Shown here one piece after another: positions 1-7,876 of a stretch of DNA of 32,000 bases (the stretch's first letter is position 1; each line of letters begins with the position of its first letter). The position numbers and the translations under genes were made by a program. The stretch comes from Pseudomonas aeruginosa (GTDB taxonomy: Bacteria; Pseudomonadota; Gammaproteobacteria; Pseudomonadales; Pseudomonadaceae): the NCBI RefSeq assembly GCF_001457615.1, contig NZ_LN831024.1:6150001-6182000 (forward strand), read 5' to 3'. Below the pieces are notes generated by a model that saw only the letters and a list, made by a program, of their open reading frames with translations, was not told the DNA's origin and made no database searches.

Positions 1-807
1 GCCCGCGTACTGGAGTGGCTGGAGCTGTACCACCAGACCGAATGGCCGGAGCTGAAGGTGTACTTCACCTCGGTCACCGACCACTACGCGACCCTCACCC
101 TGTCCGGCCCGAACAGCCGCAAGCTGCTCGCCGAAGTCACCGACATCGACCTGGACAAGGATGCCTTCCCCTTCATGACCTGGAAGGAAGGCAAGGTCGC
201 CGGGGTGCCGGCGCGGGTGTTCCGCATCTCCTTCACCGGCGAGCTGAGCTACGAGGTGAACGTCCAGGCCGACTACGCCATGGGCGTGCTCGAAGCGCTC
301 GCCGAGCACGGCGCGAAGTACGGCCTGACGCCCTACGGCACCGAGACCATGCACGTCCTGCGCGCCGAGAAGGGCTTCATCATCGTCGGCCAGGACACCG
401 ATGCCTCGGTCACCCCGGACGATCTCAACATGGGCTGGGCGGTGGGCCGCAGCAAGCCGTTCTCCTGGATCGGCTGGCGCGGCATGAACCGCGCCGACTG
501 CCTGCGCGAGGATCGCAAGCAACTGGTCGGACTCAGGCCGAGCAACCCGCAGGAGGTACTGCCCGAAGGCGCGCAACTGGTGTTCGACACCCAGCAGGCG
601 ATCCCGATGAAGATGGTCGGCCACGTCACCTCCAGCTACATGAGCGCCAGCCTCGGCCACGGCTTCGCCCTGGCGGTGGTGAAAGGCGGCCTCAAGCGCA
701 TGGGCCAGAAGGTCTACGCGCCGCTGGCGGACGGCCGCTTCATCGAGGCGGAGATCTGCTCCTCGGTGTTCTACGACCCGAAAGGGGAACGGCAGAACGT
801 GGATTGA
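1..807 (+). CDS. soxA: Sarcosine oxidase alpha subunit, C-terminal part (5' truncated by window)
   Basis: Frame 1 is open from base 1 (ARVLEWLELYHQTEWPELKVYFTSVTDHYATLTLSGPNSRKLLAEV...) to TGA 805-807. GcvT-like C-terminal domain, directly followed by soxG. Confidence 0.93.
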   Translation, partial: ARVLEWLELYHQTEWPELKVYFTSVTDHYATLTLSGPNSRKLLAEVTDIDLDKDAFPFMTWKEGKVAGVPARVFRISFTGELSYEVNVQADYAMGVLEALAEHGAKYGLTPYGTETMHVLRAEKGFIIVGQDTDASVTPDDLNMGWAVGRSKPFSWIGWRGMNRADCLREDRKQLVGLRPSNPQEVLPEGAQLVFDTQQAIPMKMVGHVTSSYMSASLGHGFALAVVKGGLKRMGQKVYAPLADGRFIEAEICSSVFYDPKGERQNVD

Positions 808-809
808 CC

Positions 810-831
810 GGAGAGGGGCTCGCCCCTCTCC
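810..831. repeat. Perfect inverted repeat GGAGAGGGGC-TC-GCCCCTCTCC in the soxA-soxG gap; second hairpin TCTCCC-CGAA-GGGAGA at 839-854
   Basis: Arms 810-819 and 822-831 read directly. Confidence 0.85.
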
Positions 832-900
832 CCGGCCCTCTCCCCGAAGGGAGAAGGCAGACAGGCTACCAGGGCGCGCGGCGCCCCAAGGTGAAAACGA

Positions 901-1536
901 ATGAGCAAGGCAAACGTCTACCAGCAACGCCCCGAACCCGGCGTCCACGCCGAATCGCCGCTGCACCATGCCGAGCTGCACAAGCTCGCCGGCAAGACCG
1001 CCGCGAAGGCCGGTATCGTCCTGCGCGAGAAGAAGCTGCTCGGCCACCTGGTGCTGCGCGGCGATGCCGCCGACCCGGCCTTCGCCGCCGCCGTGCACCA
1101 GGCCCTCGGCCTGGAACTGCCGGTGGCCCTGACCCTGGTCGCCAGCGGCGAGACCTCGCTGCAATGGCTGGCCCCGGACGAATGGTTGCTGATCGTCCCC
1201 GGCGGCGAGGAATACGCCGTCGAACAGCGCCTGCGCCAGGCCCTGGGCGAGGAGCTGCACTACGCGGTGGTCAACGTCAGCGGCGGGCAGACGCTGCTCG
1301 AACTGAGCGGAGCGAACGTCCGCGAACTGCTGATGAAATCCACCAGCTACGACGTGCATCCGAGCAACTTCCCGGTGGGCAAGGCGGTCGGCAGCATCTT
1401 CGCCAAGTCGCAATGCGTGATCCGCCATACCGGCGAGGACACCTGGGAGCTGGTCGTGCGCCGCAGCTTCGCCGACTACTTCTGGCTCTGGTTGCAGGAC
1501 GCCAGCGCCGAATACGGCCTGCAGGTAGCGGCATGA
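901..1536 (+). CDS. soxG: Sarcosine oxidase gamma subunit
   Basis: 211-aa ORF immediately after soxA; MSKANVYQQRPEPGVHAESPLHHAELHKLAG..., composition and synteny typical of SoxG. Confidence 0.9.
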   Translation: MSKANVYQQRPEPGVHAESPLHHAELHKLAGKTAAKAGIVLREKKLLGHLVLRGDAADPAFAAAVHQALGLELPVALTLVASGETSLQWLAPDEWLLIVPGGEEYAVEQRLRQALGEELHYAVVNVSGGQTLLELSGANVRELLMKSTSYDVHPSNFPVGKAVGSIFAKSQCVIRHTGEDTWELVVRRSFADYFWLWLQDASAEYGLQVAA

Positions 1537-1543
1537 GCAGCCT

Positions 1544-1564
1544 TCCCCTCTCCCCGAGAGGGGA
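1544..1564. repeat. Perfect inverted repeat TCCCCTCTC-CCC-GAGAGGGGA in the soxG-purU gap
   Basis: 9-bp arms 1544-1552 and 1556-1564, 3-nt spacer. Confidence 0.85.
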
Positions 1565-1585
1565 TACCGGACCCGGAGCCTCGCG

Positions 1586-2443
1586 ATGAGCCGTACCCCC
1601 GACACCTGGATCCTCACCGCCGACAGTCCCAGCCTGCTGGGCACCGTCGACGTGGTGACGCGCTACCTCTTCGAGCAGCGCTGCTACGTCACCGAGCACC
1701 ACTCGTTCGACGACCGCCTGGCGCAACGCTTCTTCATCCGCGTGGAGTTCCGCGCCGGCGACGGCTTCGACGAAGCCTCCTTCCGCGCCGGACTGGCCGA
1801 ACGGGTGGCACCGTTCGGCATGCGTACCGAGCTGACCGCGCCGGGCTACCGCAGCCAGGTGGCGATCATGGTTTCCAAGGCCGACCACTGCCTGAACGAC
1901 CTGCTCTACCGCCAGCGCATCGGCCAGTTGCCGATGGACGTGGTGGCGGTGATTTCCAATCACCCGGACCTGGAGCCGCTGGCGCGCTGGCACGGCATTC
2001 CCTACCACCACTTCCCGCTCGACCCGAACGACAAGCCGGCCCAGGAAGCCAGGGTCTGGCAGGTGCTCGAAGAGAGTGGCGCCGAGCTGGTGATCCTCGC
2101 TCGCTACATGCAGGTGCTGTCGCCGGAACTGTGCCGGCGCCTGGACGGCTGGGCGATCAACATCCATCACTCCCTGCTGCCCGGCTTCAAGGGCGCCAAG
2201 CCGTACCACCAGGCCTACCAGAAGGGCGTGAAGCTGGTCGGCGCCACCGCCCACTACATCAACAACGACCTCGACGAAGGGCCGATCATCGCCCAGGGCG
2301 TCGAGACGGTCGACCACGCCCACTACCCCGAGGACCTGATCGCCAAGGGCCGCGACATCGAGTGCCTGACCCTGGCGCGGGCGGTGGGCTACCACATCGA
2401 GCGGAGGGTATTCCTCAACGCCAATCGGACCGTGGTGCTGTAA
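1586..2443 (+). CDS. purU: Formyltetrahydrofolate deformylase
   Basis: 285 aa, N-terminal ACT-like domain (LTADSPSLLGTVDVVTRYLFEQRCYVTEHHSFDD) plus formyltransferase motif (AINIHHSLLPGFKGAKPYHQAYQKGVKLVGATAHYI). Confidence 0.95.
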   Translation: MSRTPDTWILTADSPSLLGTVDVVTRYLFEQRCYVTEHHSFDDRLAQRFFIRVEFRAGDGFDEASFRAGLAERVAPFGMRTELTAPGYRSQVAIMVSKADHCLNDLLYRQRIGQLPMDVVAVISNHPDLEPLARWHGIPYHHFPLDPNDKPAQEARVWQVLEESGAELVILARYMQVLSPELCRRLDGWAINIHHSLLPGFKGAKPYHQAYQKGVKLVGATAHYINNDLDEGPIIAQGVETVDHAHYPEDLIAKGRDIECLTLARAVGYHIERRVFLNANRTVVL

Positions 2444-2649
2444 GCGCGCCCTCTCTTCCCAACCCTCGCTGAAGGAAGAGGGCCAGGGAGAGGGGCGCTT
2501 CCCACGGCCTCGCGTCCCGAGCAACACCGACAGCCCGCCGGCTGCCAGCATTCTCCGGCCCTGTCGCGCAACAGACGACTTTCCAGTGCAAAGCCGCGCG
2601 GCCGTGGACGCCGCGCATTTGTACCCACAACGACAAAGAGGAAACGCGT

Positions 2650-3849
2650 ATGTCTGGCAATCGTGGTGTGGTCTATCTCGGCCCGGGCAAGGTCGAGGTG
2701 CAGAACATTCCCTATCCGAAGATGCAGGACCCGCAGGGCCGGCAGATCGACCACGGGGTGATCCTGCGGGTGGTCTCCACCAACATCTGCGGCTCCGACC
2801 AGCACATGGTGCGCGGCCGTACCACCGCGCCGGAAGGCCTGGTGCTGGGCCACGAGATCACCGGCGAGGTGGTGGAGATCGGGCGTGGCGTGGAAACCAT
2901 GAAGATCGGCGACCTGGTCTCGGTACCGTTCAACGTCGCCTGCGGCCACTGCCGTACCTGCAAGGAACAGCACACCGGCGTCTGCCTGACGGTCAATCCG
3001 GCGCGTGCCGGCGGCGCCTACGGCTACGTCGACATGGGTGGCTGGGTCGGCGGCCAGGCCGAATACGTGCTGGTGCCCTACGCCGACTTCAACCTGCTGA
3101 AACTGCCCAACCGCGAAGCGGCGATGGAGAAGATCCGCGACCTGACCTGCCTTTCGGACATCCTCCCCACCGGCTACCACGGCGCGGTCACCGCCGGCGT
3201 CGGCCCGGGCAGCACGGTCTACATCGCCGGCGCCGGTCCGGTCGGCCTGGCCGCGGCGGCCTCGGCACGCCTGCTCGGCGCGGCGGTGGTGATCGTCGGC
3301 GACGTCAACCCGACCCGCCTGGCCCACGCCAAGAAACAGGGCTTCGAGATCGCCGACCTGTCCAAGGACACCCCGCTGCACGAACAGATCGCCGCTCTGC
3401 TGGGCGAGCCGGAGGTCGACTGCGCGGTCGATGCGGTCGGTTTCGAGGCGCGCGGCCACGGCCATTCGGGCTCGCAGCAGGAAGCCCCGGCCACCGTGCT
3501 CAACTCGCTGATGGGCATCACCCGGGTCGCCGGCAAGATCGGCATTCCCGGCCTGTACGTCACCGAAGACCCGGGCGCGGTGGACGCGGCCGCCAAGCAC
3601 GGCGCCCTGAGCATCCGCTTCGGCCTGGGCTGGGCCAAGTCGCACAGCTTCCATACCGGCCAGACCCCGGTGATGAAGTACAACCGCCAGCTGATGCAGG
3701 CGATCATGTGGGACCGGATCAAGATCGCCGACATCGTCGGGGTGGAAGTCATCACCCTCGACGATGCGCCGAAAGGCTATGGCGAGTTCGACGCCGGGGT
3801 GCCGAAGAAATTCGTCATCGACCCACACAACCTGTTCCGCGCGGCCTGA
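2650..3849 (+). CDS. fdhA: Glutathione-independent formaldehyde dehydrogenase (zinc-dependent MDR family)
   Basis: 399 aa; GNRGVVYLGPGKVEVQ, zinc-binding GHEITGEV, CGHCRTCKEQHTGVC; AGAGPVGLAAA nucleotide-binding motif. Confidence 0.95.
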   Translation: MSGNRGVVYLGPGKVEVQNIPYPKMQDPQGRQIDHGVILRVVSTNICGSDQHMVRGRTTAPEGLVLGHEITGEVVEIGRGVETMKIGDLVSVPFNVACGHCRTCKEQHTGVCLTVNPARAGGAYGYVDMGGWVGGQAEYVLVPYADFNLLKLPNREAAMEKIRDLTCLSDILPTGYHGAVTAGVGPGSTVYIAGAGPVGLAAAASARLLGAAVVIVGDVNPTRLAHAKKQGFEIADLSKDTPLHEQIAALLGEPEVDCAVDAVGFEARGHGHSGSQQEAPATVLNSLMGITRVAGKIGIPGLYVTEDPGAVDAAAKHGALSIRFGLGWAKSHSFHTGQTPVMKYNRQLMQAIMWDRIKIADIVGVEVITLDDAPKGYGEFDAGVPKKFVIDPHNLFRAA

Positions 3850-3971
3850 ACCTCCGGCAACAACCGACGCGGCCCACGGGCCGCGTCGTCGTTGGCGCTA
3901 TCCGGGGGAACTGCCGGCGATAAAATGGATCGGTGATACTGCTGCCATCCATTCGCCTCCCGGAGACCGCC

Positions 3972-4889
3972 ATGAACACCGATAGCCCGATCAACCGCGT
4001 CGAACAGGTACAGGTCGACGACCTGGCCTGCTGGCGCATCCACACCGCCCATGGCGAGGCGCTGATCGCCCAGCAGGGCGCGCAACTGCTCAGCTACCAG
4101 CCCCACGAACAGCCGCCGCTGGTCTGGCTCAGCGACGAGGCCGGCTACCGGCGCGGGCAGTCGGTACGCGGCGGGGTGCCGGTGTGCTGGCCGTGGTTCG
4201 GTCCGCTGGAGCGCAACCCGCAGGAAGTCCGCGGCCAGGTGGAAGATGGCCTGAAGGCGCCCGCCCACGGGCTGGTCCGGGCGGTCGACTGGGAAATCGA
4301 CGACATCGCCGAGGAGGACGGCGACCTCTGCGTCAGCTTCCACCTCGACGCCCCCGATGGCCTCCCCGGCTGGCCGCACCCGGCGGCGCTGCGCATGCTG
4401 TTCCGCTTCGGCGAGCGCCTGACCCTGCGACTCACCAGCGAGAACCTCGGCAGCAAGCCGCTGGTGCTCAGCCAGGCGCTGCACACCTACTTCGCGGTCA
4501 GCGACAGCCGCGAGATCGCCATCGAGGGCCTGGAAGGCGCGCGCTACATCGAGACCCTGGAGAACTGGGAAGAACGCACTCAGCACGGCGCGGTACGGGT
4601 CAAGGGCGAACTGGATCGCATCTACCTCGGTCTCGAACGCGACCTGCTGATCAAGGACCCGCGCTGGGAACGCAGCATCCACCTGCACGCCCTCGACTCG
4701 CGCTCGGCGGTGGTCTGGAACCCCTGGGTGGACAAGTCCCGGCGTCTCTCGCAGTTCGCCGACGACGCCTGGCAGCAGATGCTCTGCATCGAGACCGGGC
4801 GGGTCTGGGACGACCTCATGGTGGTCGCCCCCGGGCGCAGCGAAAGCTTTGGCGTGCAGATCTGGAGCGAGCCGCTGAAACGACCCTGA
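3972..4889 (+). CDS. D-hexose-6-phosphate mutarotase / aldose-1-epimerase-like protein
   Basis: ORF 3933-4889; start more likely at ATG 3972 (MNTDSPINRVEQVQVD). Motifs AQQGAQLLSYQP, GYRRGQSVRGGVPVCWPWFGP typical of YeaD-like mutarotases. Confidence 0.88.
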   Translation: MNTDSPINRVEQVQVDDLACWRIHTAHGEALIAQQGAQLLSYQPHEQPPLVWLSDEAGYRRGQSVRGGVPVCWPWFGPLERNPQEVRGQVEDGLKAPAHGLVRAVDWEIDDIAEEDGDLCVSFHLDAPDGLPGWPHPAALRMLFRFGERLTLRLTSENLGSKPLVLSQALHTYFAVSDSREIAIEGLEGARYIETLENWEERTQHGAVRVKGELDRIYLGLERDLLIKDPRWERSIHLHALDSRSAVVWNPWVDKSRRLSQFADDAWQQMLCIETGRVWDDLMVVAPGRSESFGVQIWSEPLKRP

Positions 4890-4954
4890 GCGGGTCGGCG
4901 AGCGGACGGCGCGGCTCGCATCGTCCGCCATGGACCGTTGCGCAGGTGCCGGCC

Positions 4955-5503
4955 CTACAGGTCCGCTTCCTCCACCACCTTCACCCGCGCCTTGTCGATG
5001 GCGTAGGCGGCATCGGCCAGGTCATTGCTCACCTGCTCGATCTTCAGCGTGCCGCTGACCCACAGCGGGGTGTAGATATCGGTCAGCTTCAGCCCCTGTG
5101 GATAACGCACCAGGACGATCTGGTTCGGCGGCGGCGGCGGCACGTGGATGCAGGCGCCCGGATAGGGCACCAGGAAGAATTCGGTGACGCGGCCCTTGGC
5201 GTCGTTCTCCAGCGGCACCGGGTAGCCGCCGAGGCGGATCGCCTTGCCATCCAGGCTGGCGACGGTCTTGGCCGAATACATCACCGCCGGCATCTTCCGG
5301 TCCGACTGCTTCAGGCCCCCCTTGCTGGTGAAGGTGCCGGCGGCCTCCGGGGTGTCGTGGACGATGTCGGGCATTTCTTCCAGCGCCTTGCGGTCGGCCG
5401 GCGGCATCAGTTCCAGCCAGTCGGTCTCGGGCAGTTCGGCGTGGACCAGGGGTGAGGACAACAGGGCGAGCAGCAACAGGCGGGCGAACGGGAAGCGGCG
5501 CAT
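4955..5503 (-). CDS. Exported protein of DUF3299 type
   Basis: 182 aa with signal peptide (MRRFPFARLLLLALLSSPLVHA) and IRLGGYPVPLE...FFLVPYPGACIHVPPPPPNQIVLV. Confidence 0.8.
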   Translation of the reverse strand: MRRFPFARLLLLALLSSPLVHAELPETDWLELMPPADRKALEEMPDIVHDTPEAAGTFTSKGGLKQSDRKMPAVMYSAKTVASLDGKAIRLGGYPVPLENDAKGRVTEFFLVPYPGACIHVPPPPPNQIVLVRYPQGLKLTDIYTPLWVSGTLKIEQVSNDLADAAYAIDKARVKVVEEADL

Positions 5504-5534
5504 GATGGCGGGAATACCGGCGAAGTGAGGAAAC

Positions 5535-5556
5535 GCCGGCCCCCGCGGGGGCCGGC
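5535..5556. repeat. 22-bp perfect palindrome GCCGGCCCCCGCGGGGGCCGGC, possible terminator stem of the 5565-5810 gene
   Basis: Read directly; lies 8 nt past the stop of the minus-strand gene. Only a short T-tract follows on the minus strand. Confidence 0.7.
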
Positions 5557-5564
5557 CAGAGCCA

Positions 5565-5810
5565 TCAATTCTTCTTGATCAGGCCGTAAATGACCAGCAG
5601 TACGACGGCGCCGACCACCGCGCCGATGAAACCGGCCGCCTGGCCAGCCTGGTAGAAGCCGATCGCCTGGCCGCCGTAGGTGGCCAGCAGCGAACCGCCG
5701 ATGCCGAGCAGGATGGTCATGATCCAGCCCATGCTGTCGTCACCTGGCTTCAGAAAGCGTGCAACGAGACCAACGATCAGTCCGACGATGATGGTTCCGA
5801 TTAATCCCAT
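5565..5810 (-). CDS. GlsB/YeaQ/YmgE-family small membrane protein
   Basis: 81 aa MGLIGTIIVGLIVGLVARFLKPGDDSMGWIMTILLGIGGSLLATYGGQ... Confidence 0.92.
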   Translation of the reverse strand: MGLIGTIIVGLIVGLVARFLKPGDDSMGWIMTILLGIGGSLLATYGGQAIGFYQAGQAAGFIGAVVGAVVLLVIYGLIKKN

Positions 5811-5873
5811 GACAGTCCCTCCTTACGGGTGTATGCGCATGTATTGCGCCTGCCATGGGACAGTGTAGAAAAG

Positions 5874-5918
5874 CCTTGGGTTCAGTGCCGCCCGCCAACC
5901 CAAGGATGGGCGGGCGGC
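5874..5918 (-). promoter_or_regulatory. Two interleaved inverted repeats immediately after the purK stop
   Basis: GCCGCCCGCC (5887-5896) / GGCGGGCGGC (5909-5918), and CCTTGGGTT (5874-5882) / AACCCAAGG (5897-5905). On the minus strand the last arm is followed by CTTTTC. Confidence 0.7.
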
Positions 5919-5924
5919 AATCGC

Positions 5925-7007
5925 TCACGCCTCGATCAGCGCCTCGACCTCGGCGATGCGCGCCTGCAGCGTCGCCCGGTCGACACAACGCAGGGTGGCG
6001 TGGCCGACCTTGCGGCCGTTCTTGAAGGCCTTGCCGTAGTGATGCAGGTGGCAGTCGGCGACGGCGACCACCTGAGCCACCGGGGGGACCGCGCCGATGA
6101 AATTGAGCATCGCGCTCTCGCCGACCTTGGCGGTCGAGCCCAGCGGCAGGCCGGCGACGGCGCGCAAGTGGTTCTCGAACTGGCTGCACTCGGCGCCTTC
6201 GATGGTCCAGTGCCCGGAGTTGTGCACGCGCGGGGCGATCTCGTTGGCCTTCAGGCCGCCGTCCACCTCGAAGAACTCGAAGGCCAGCACGCCGACGTAG
6301 TCGAGCCGGGCCAGCACGCGGCCGACGTAGTCCTCGGCCAGCGCCTGCAACGGATGCCCGCTGCTGGCCACGGAGAGCTTGAGGATGCCGCTGTCGTGGG
6401 TGTTGTGCACCAGCGGGTAGAAACGCGTCTCCCCATCGCGAGCGCGCACCGCCACCAGCGAGACTTCCCCGGTGAACGGCACGAAGCCCTCGAGGATGCA
6501 CGGCACGCTGCCCAGTTCGGCGAACGCGCCCTGCACGTCGGCCGGCTGGCGCAGGACCTTCTGGCCCTTGCCGTCGTAGCCCAGGGTGCGGGTCTTGAGC
6601 ACCGCCGGCAGGCCGATGGCGGCTGCGGCGGCATCGAGGTCGGCCTGGGACTGGACGTCGGCGAAGTCCGGAGTGGGAATGCCGAGGTCCTTGAACATCG
6701 ACTTCTCGAACCAGCGGTCGCGGGCGATGCGCAGCGACTCGGCGTTCGGGTAGACCGGCACGAACTGGGAGAGGAAGGCCACGGTTTCCGCCGGCACGCT
6801 CTCGAACTCGAAGGTCACCAGGTCGACCTCGTCGGCCAGTTGCCGCAGGTGCTCCTGGTCGCCGTAGTCGGCGCGGATGTGCTCGCCCAGGGAGGCCGCG
6901 CAGGCGTCCGGCGCCGGGTCGAGGAAAGCGAAGTTCATGCCCAGCGGGGTTCCCGCCAGGGCCAGCATGCGGCCCAGCTGGCCGCCACCGATGACACCGA
7001 TTTTCAT
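5925..7007 (-). CDS. purK: N5-carboxyaminoimidazole ribonucleotide synthase
   Basis: 360 aa, MKIGVIGGGQLGRMLALAGTPLGMNFAFLDP...; ATP-grasp signatures, paired with purE. Confidence 0.97.
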   Translation of the reverse strand: MKIGVIGGGQLGRMLALAGTPLGMNFAFLDPAPDACAASLGEHIRADYGDQEHLRQLADEVDLVTFEFESVPAETVAFLSQFVPVYPNAESLRIARDRWFEKSMFKDLGIPTPDFADVQSQADLDAAAAAIGLPAVLKTRTLGYDGKGQKVLRQPADVQGAFAELGSVPCILEGFVPFTGEVSLVAVRARDGETRFYPLVHNTHDSGILKLSVASSGHPLQALAEDYVGRVLARLDYVGVLAFEFFEVDGGLKANEIAPRVHNSGHWTIEGAECSQFENHLRAVAGLPLGSTAKVGESAMLNFIGAVPPVAQVVAVADCHLHHYGKAFKNGRKVGHATLRCVDRATLQARIAEVEALIEA

Positions 7008-7037
7008 GGTTCGAGCCTTACCTTCTCAGAGCCTGTC

Positions 7038-7529
7038 TCACGCATCGCGCGGGTCGGGATTGTCCAGCACGGTTTCGGTCTGGTTGGCGCGGAACTGCTT
7101 CAGCGCCTCGTGGTACTGCGGGTGCTTGGCGCCGAGGATGCTCGCCGAGAGCAGCGCCGCGTTGACCGCGCCGGCCTTGCCGATGGCCAGGGTGGCGACC
7201 GGTACGCCGGCGGGCATCTGCACGATGGAGAGCAGCGAGTCGACACCCGACAGCATCGACGACTGTACCGGCACGCCGAGTACCGGCAGGTGGGTCTTGG
7301 CCGCGCACATGCCCGGCAGGTGGGCGGCGCCGCCAGCGCCGGCGATGATCACTTCGAGGCCGCGGCCTTCGGCTTCCTCGGCGTACTGGAAGAGCAGGTC
7401 CGGGGTGCGGTGGGCGGAAACCACCTTCACTTCGTAGGGGATGCCCAGCTTGTCCAGCATGTCCGCGGTGTGACTGAGGGTGCTCCAGTCCGATTTGGAA
7501 CCCATGATCACGCCAACCAGTGCGCTCAT
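7038..7529 (-). CDS. purE: N5-carboxyaminoimidazole ribonucleotide mutase
   Basis: Start at ATG 7529 ([29 protein letters not shown]), 163 aa. The longer ORF start at 7577 is unlikely. Confidence 0.96.
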   Translation of the reverse strand: MSALVGVIMGSKSDWSTLSHTADMLDKLGIPYEVKVVSAHRTPDLLFQYAEEAEGRGLEVIIAGAGGAAHLPGMCAAKTHLPVLGVPVQSSMLSGVDSLLSIVQMPAGVPVATLAIGKAGAVNAALLSASILGAKHPQYHEALKQFRANQTETVLDNPDPRDA

Positions 7530-7713
7530 CGTCGTGCCTCTCTCAAATGCGCCGTCCGGCGCGTCAGAAACCAACAAGCCACGCTTCGTCGAGGGGCGTG
7601 GCTTGTACTGGGCCGAGCCGGCGGGCAGTGCCGGTTCGAAGGCGGCGCAGTATACCGCAAAGGCAGGCCGGGCGCGCGCCGGGGGCTACCGTCCGTCCCG
7701 TTTTTTCGCGCCA

Positions 7714-7728
7714 TGGCGGGAAACTTGC
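7714..7728 (+). promoter_or_regulatory. Candidate sigma-54 (-24/-12) promoter upstream of adhA
   Basis: TGGCGGG-AAAC-TTGC; GG-N10-GC spacing retained against the consensus TGGCACG-N4-TTGC, with two -24 mismatches. Confidence 0.45.
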
Positions 7729-7814
7729 CGCAACTCAATGCGCGCCTGCCACGAGCGGCCAGACTGGTTGTCGCGGCGCGCTCCGAGGGAGCGGCGGCCG
7801 CGCCGGTTCCGCAG

Positions 7815-7849
7815 CCTGTCGCGGTGCCCGTCAAAGGCGCCGCGACAGG
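7815..7849 (+). promoter_or_regulatory. 14-bp stem / 7-nt loop hairpin in adhA leader
   Basis: CCTGTCGCGGTGCC-CGTCAAA-GGCGCCGCGACAGG (one T-G wobble), just upstream of the SD AAGGAG at 7865-7870. Confidence 0.75.
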
Positions 7850-7876
7850 CGCTCAGCCCCGTCCAAGGAGATGACC

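Noticed and set aside
15-1589. 524-aa ORF spanning soxA/soxG in another frame
   Set aside because: Out of frame with clear soxA and soxG; Arg/Gly/Ala-rich artefact of high GC.
7520-7876. N-terminal extension of the adhA ORF
   Set aside because: The upstream part covers the purE start and leader region. ATG 7877 with SD AAGGAG is the credible start, leaving the leader non-coding.
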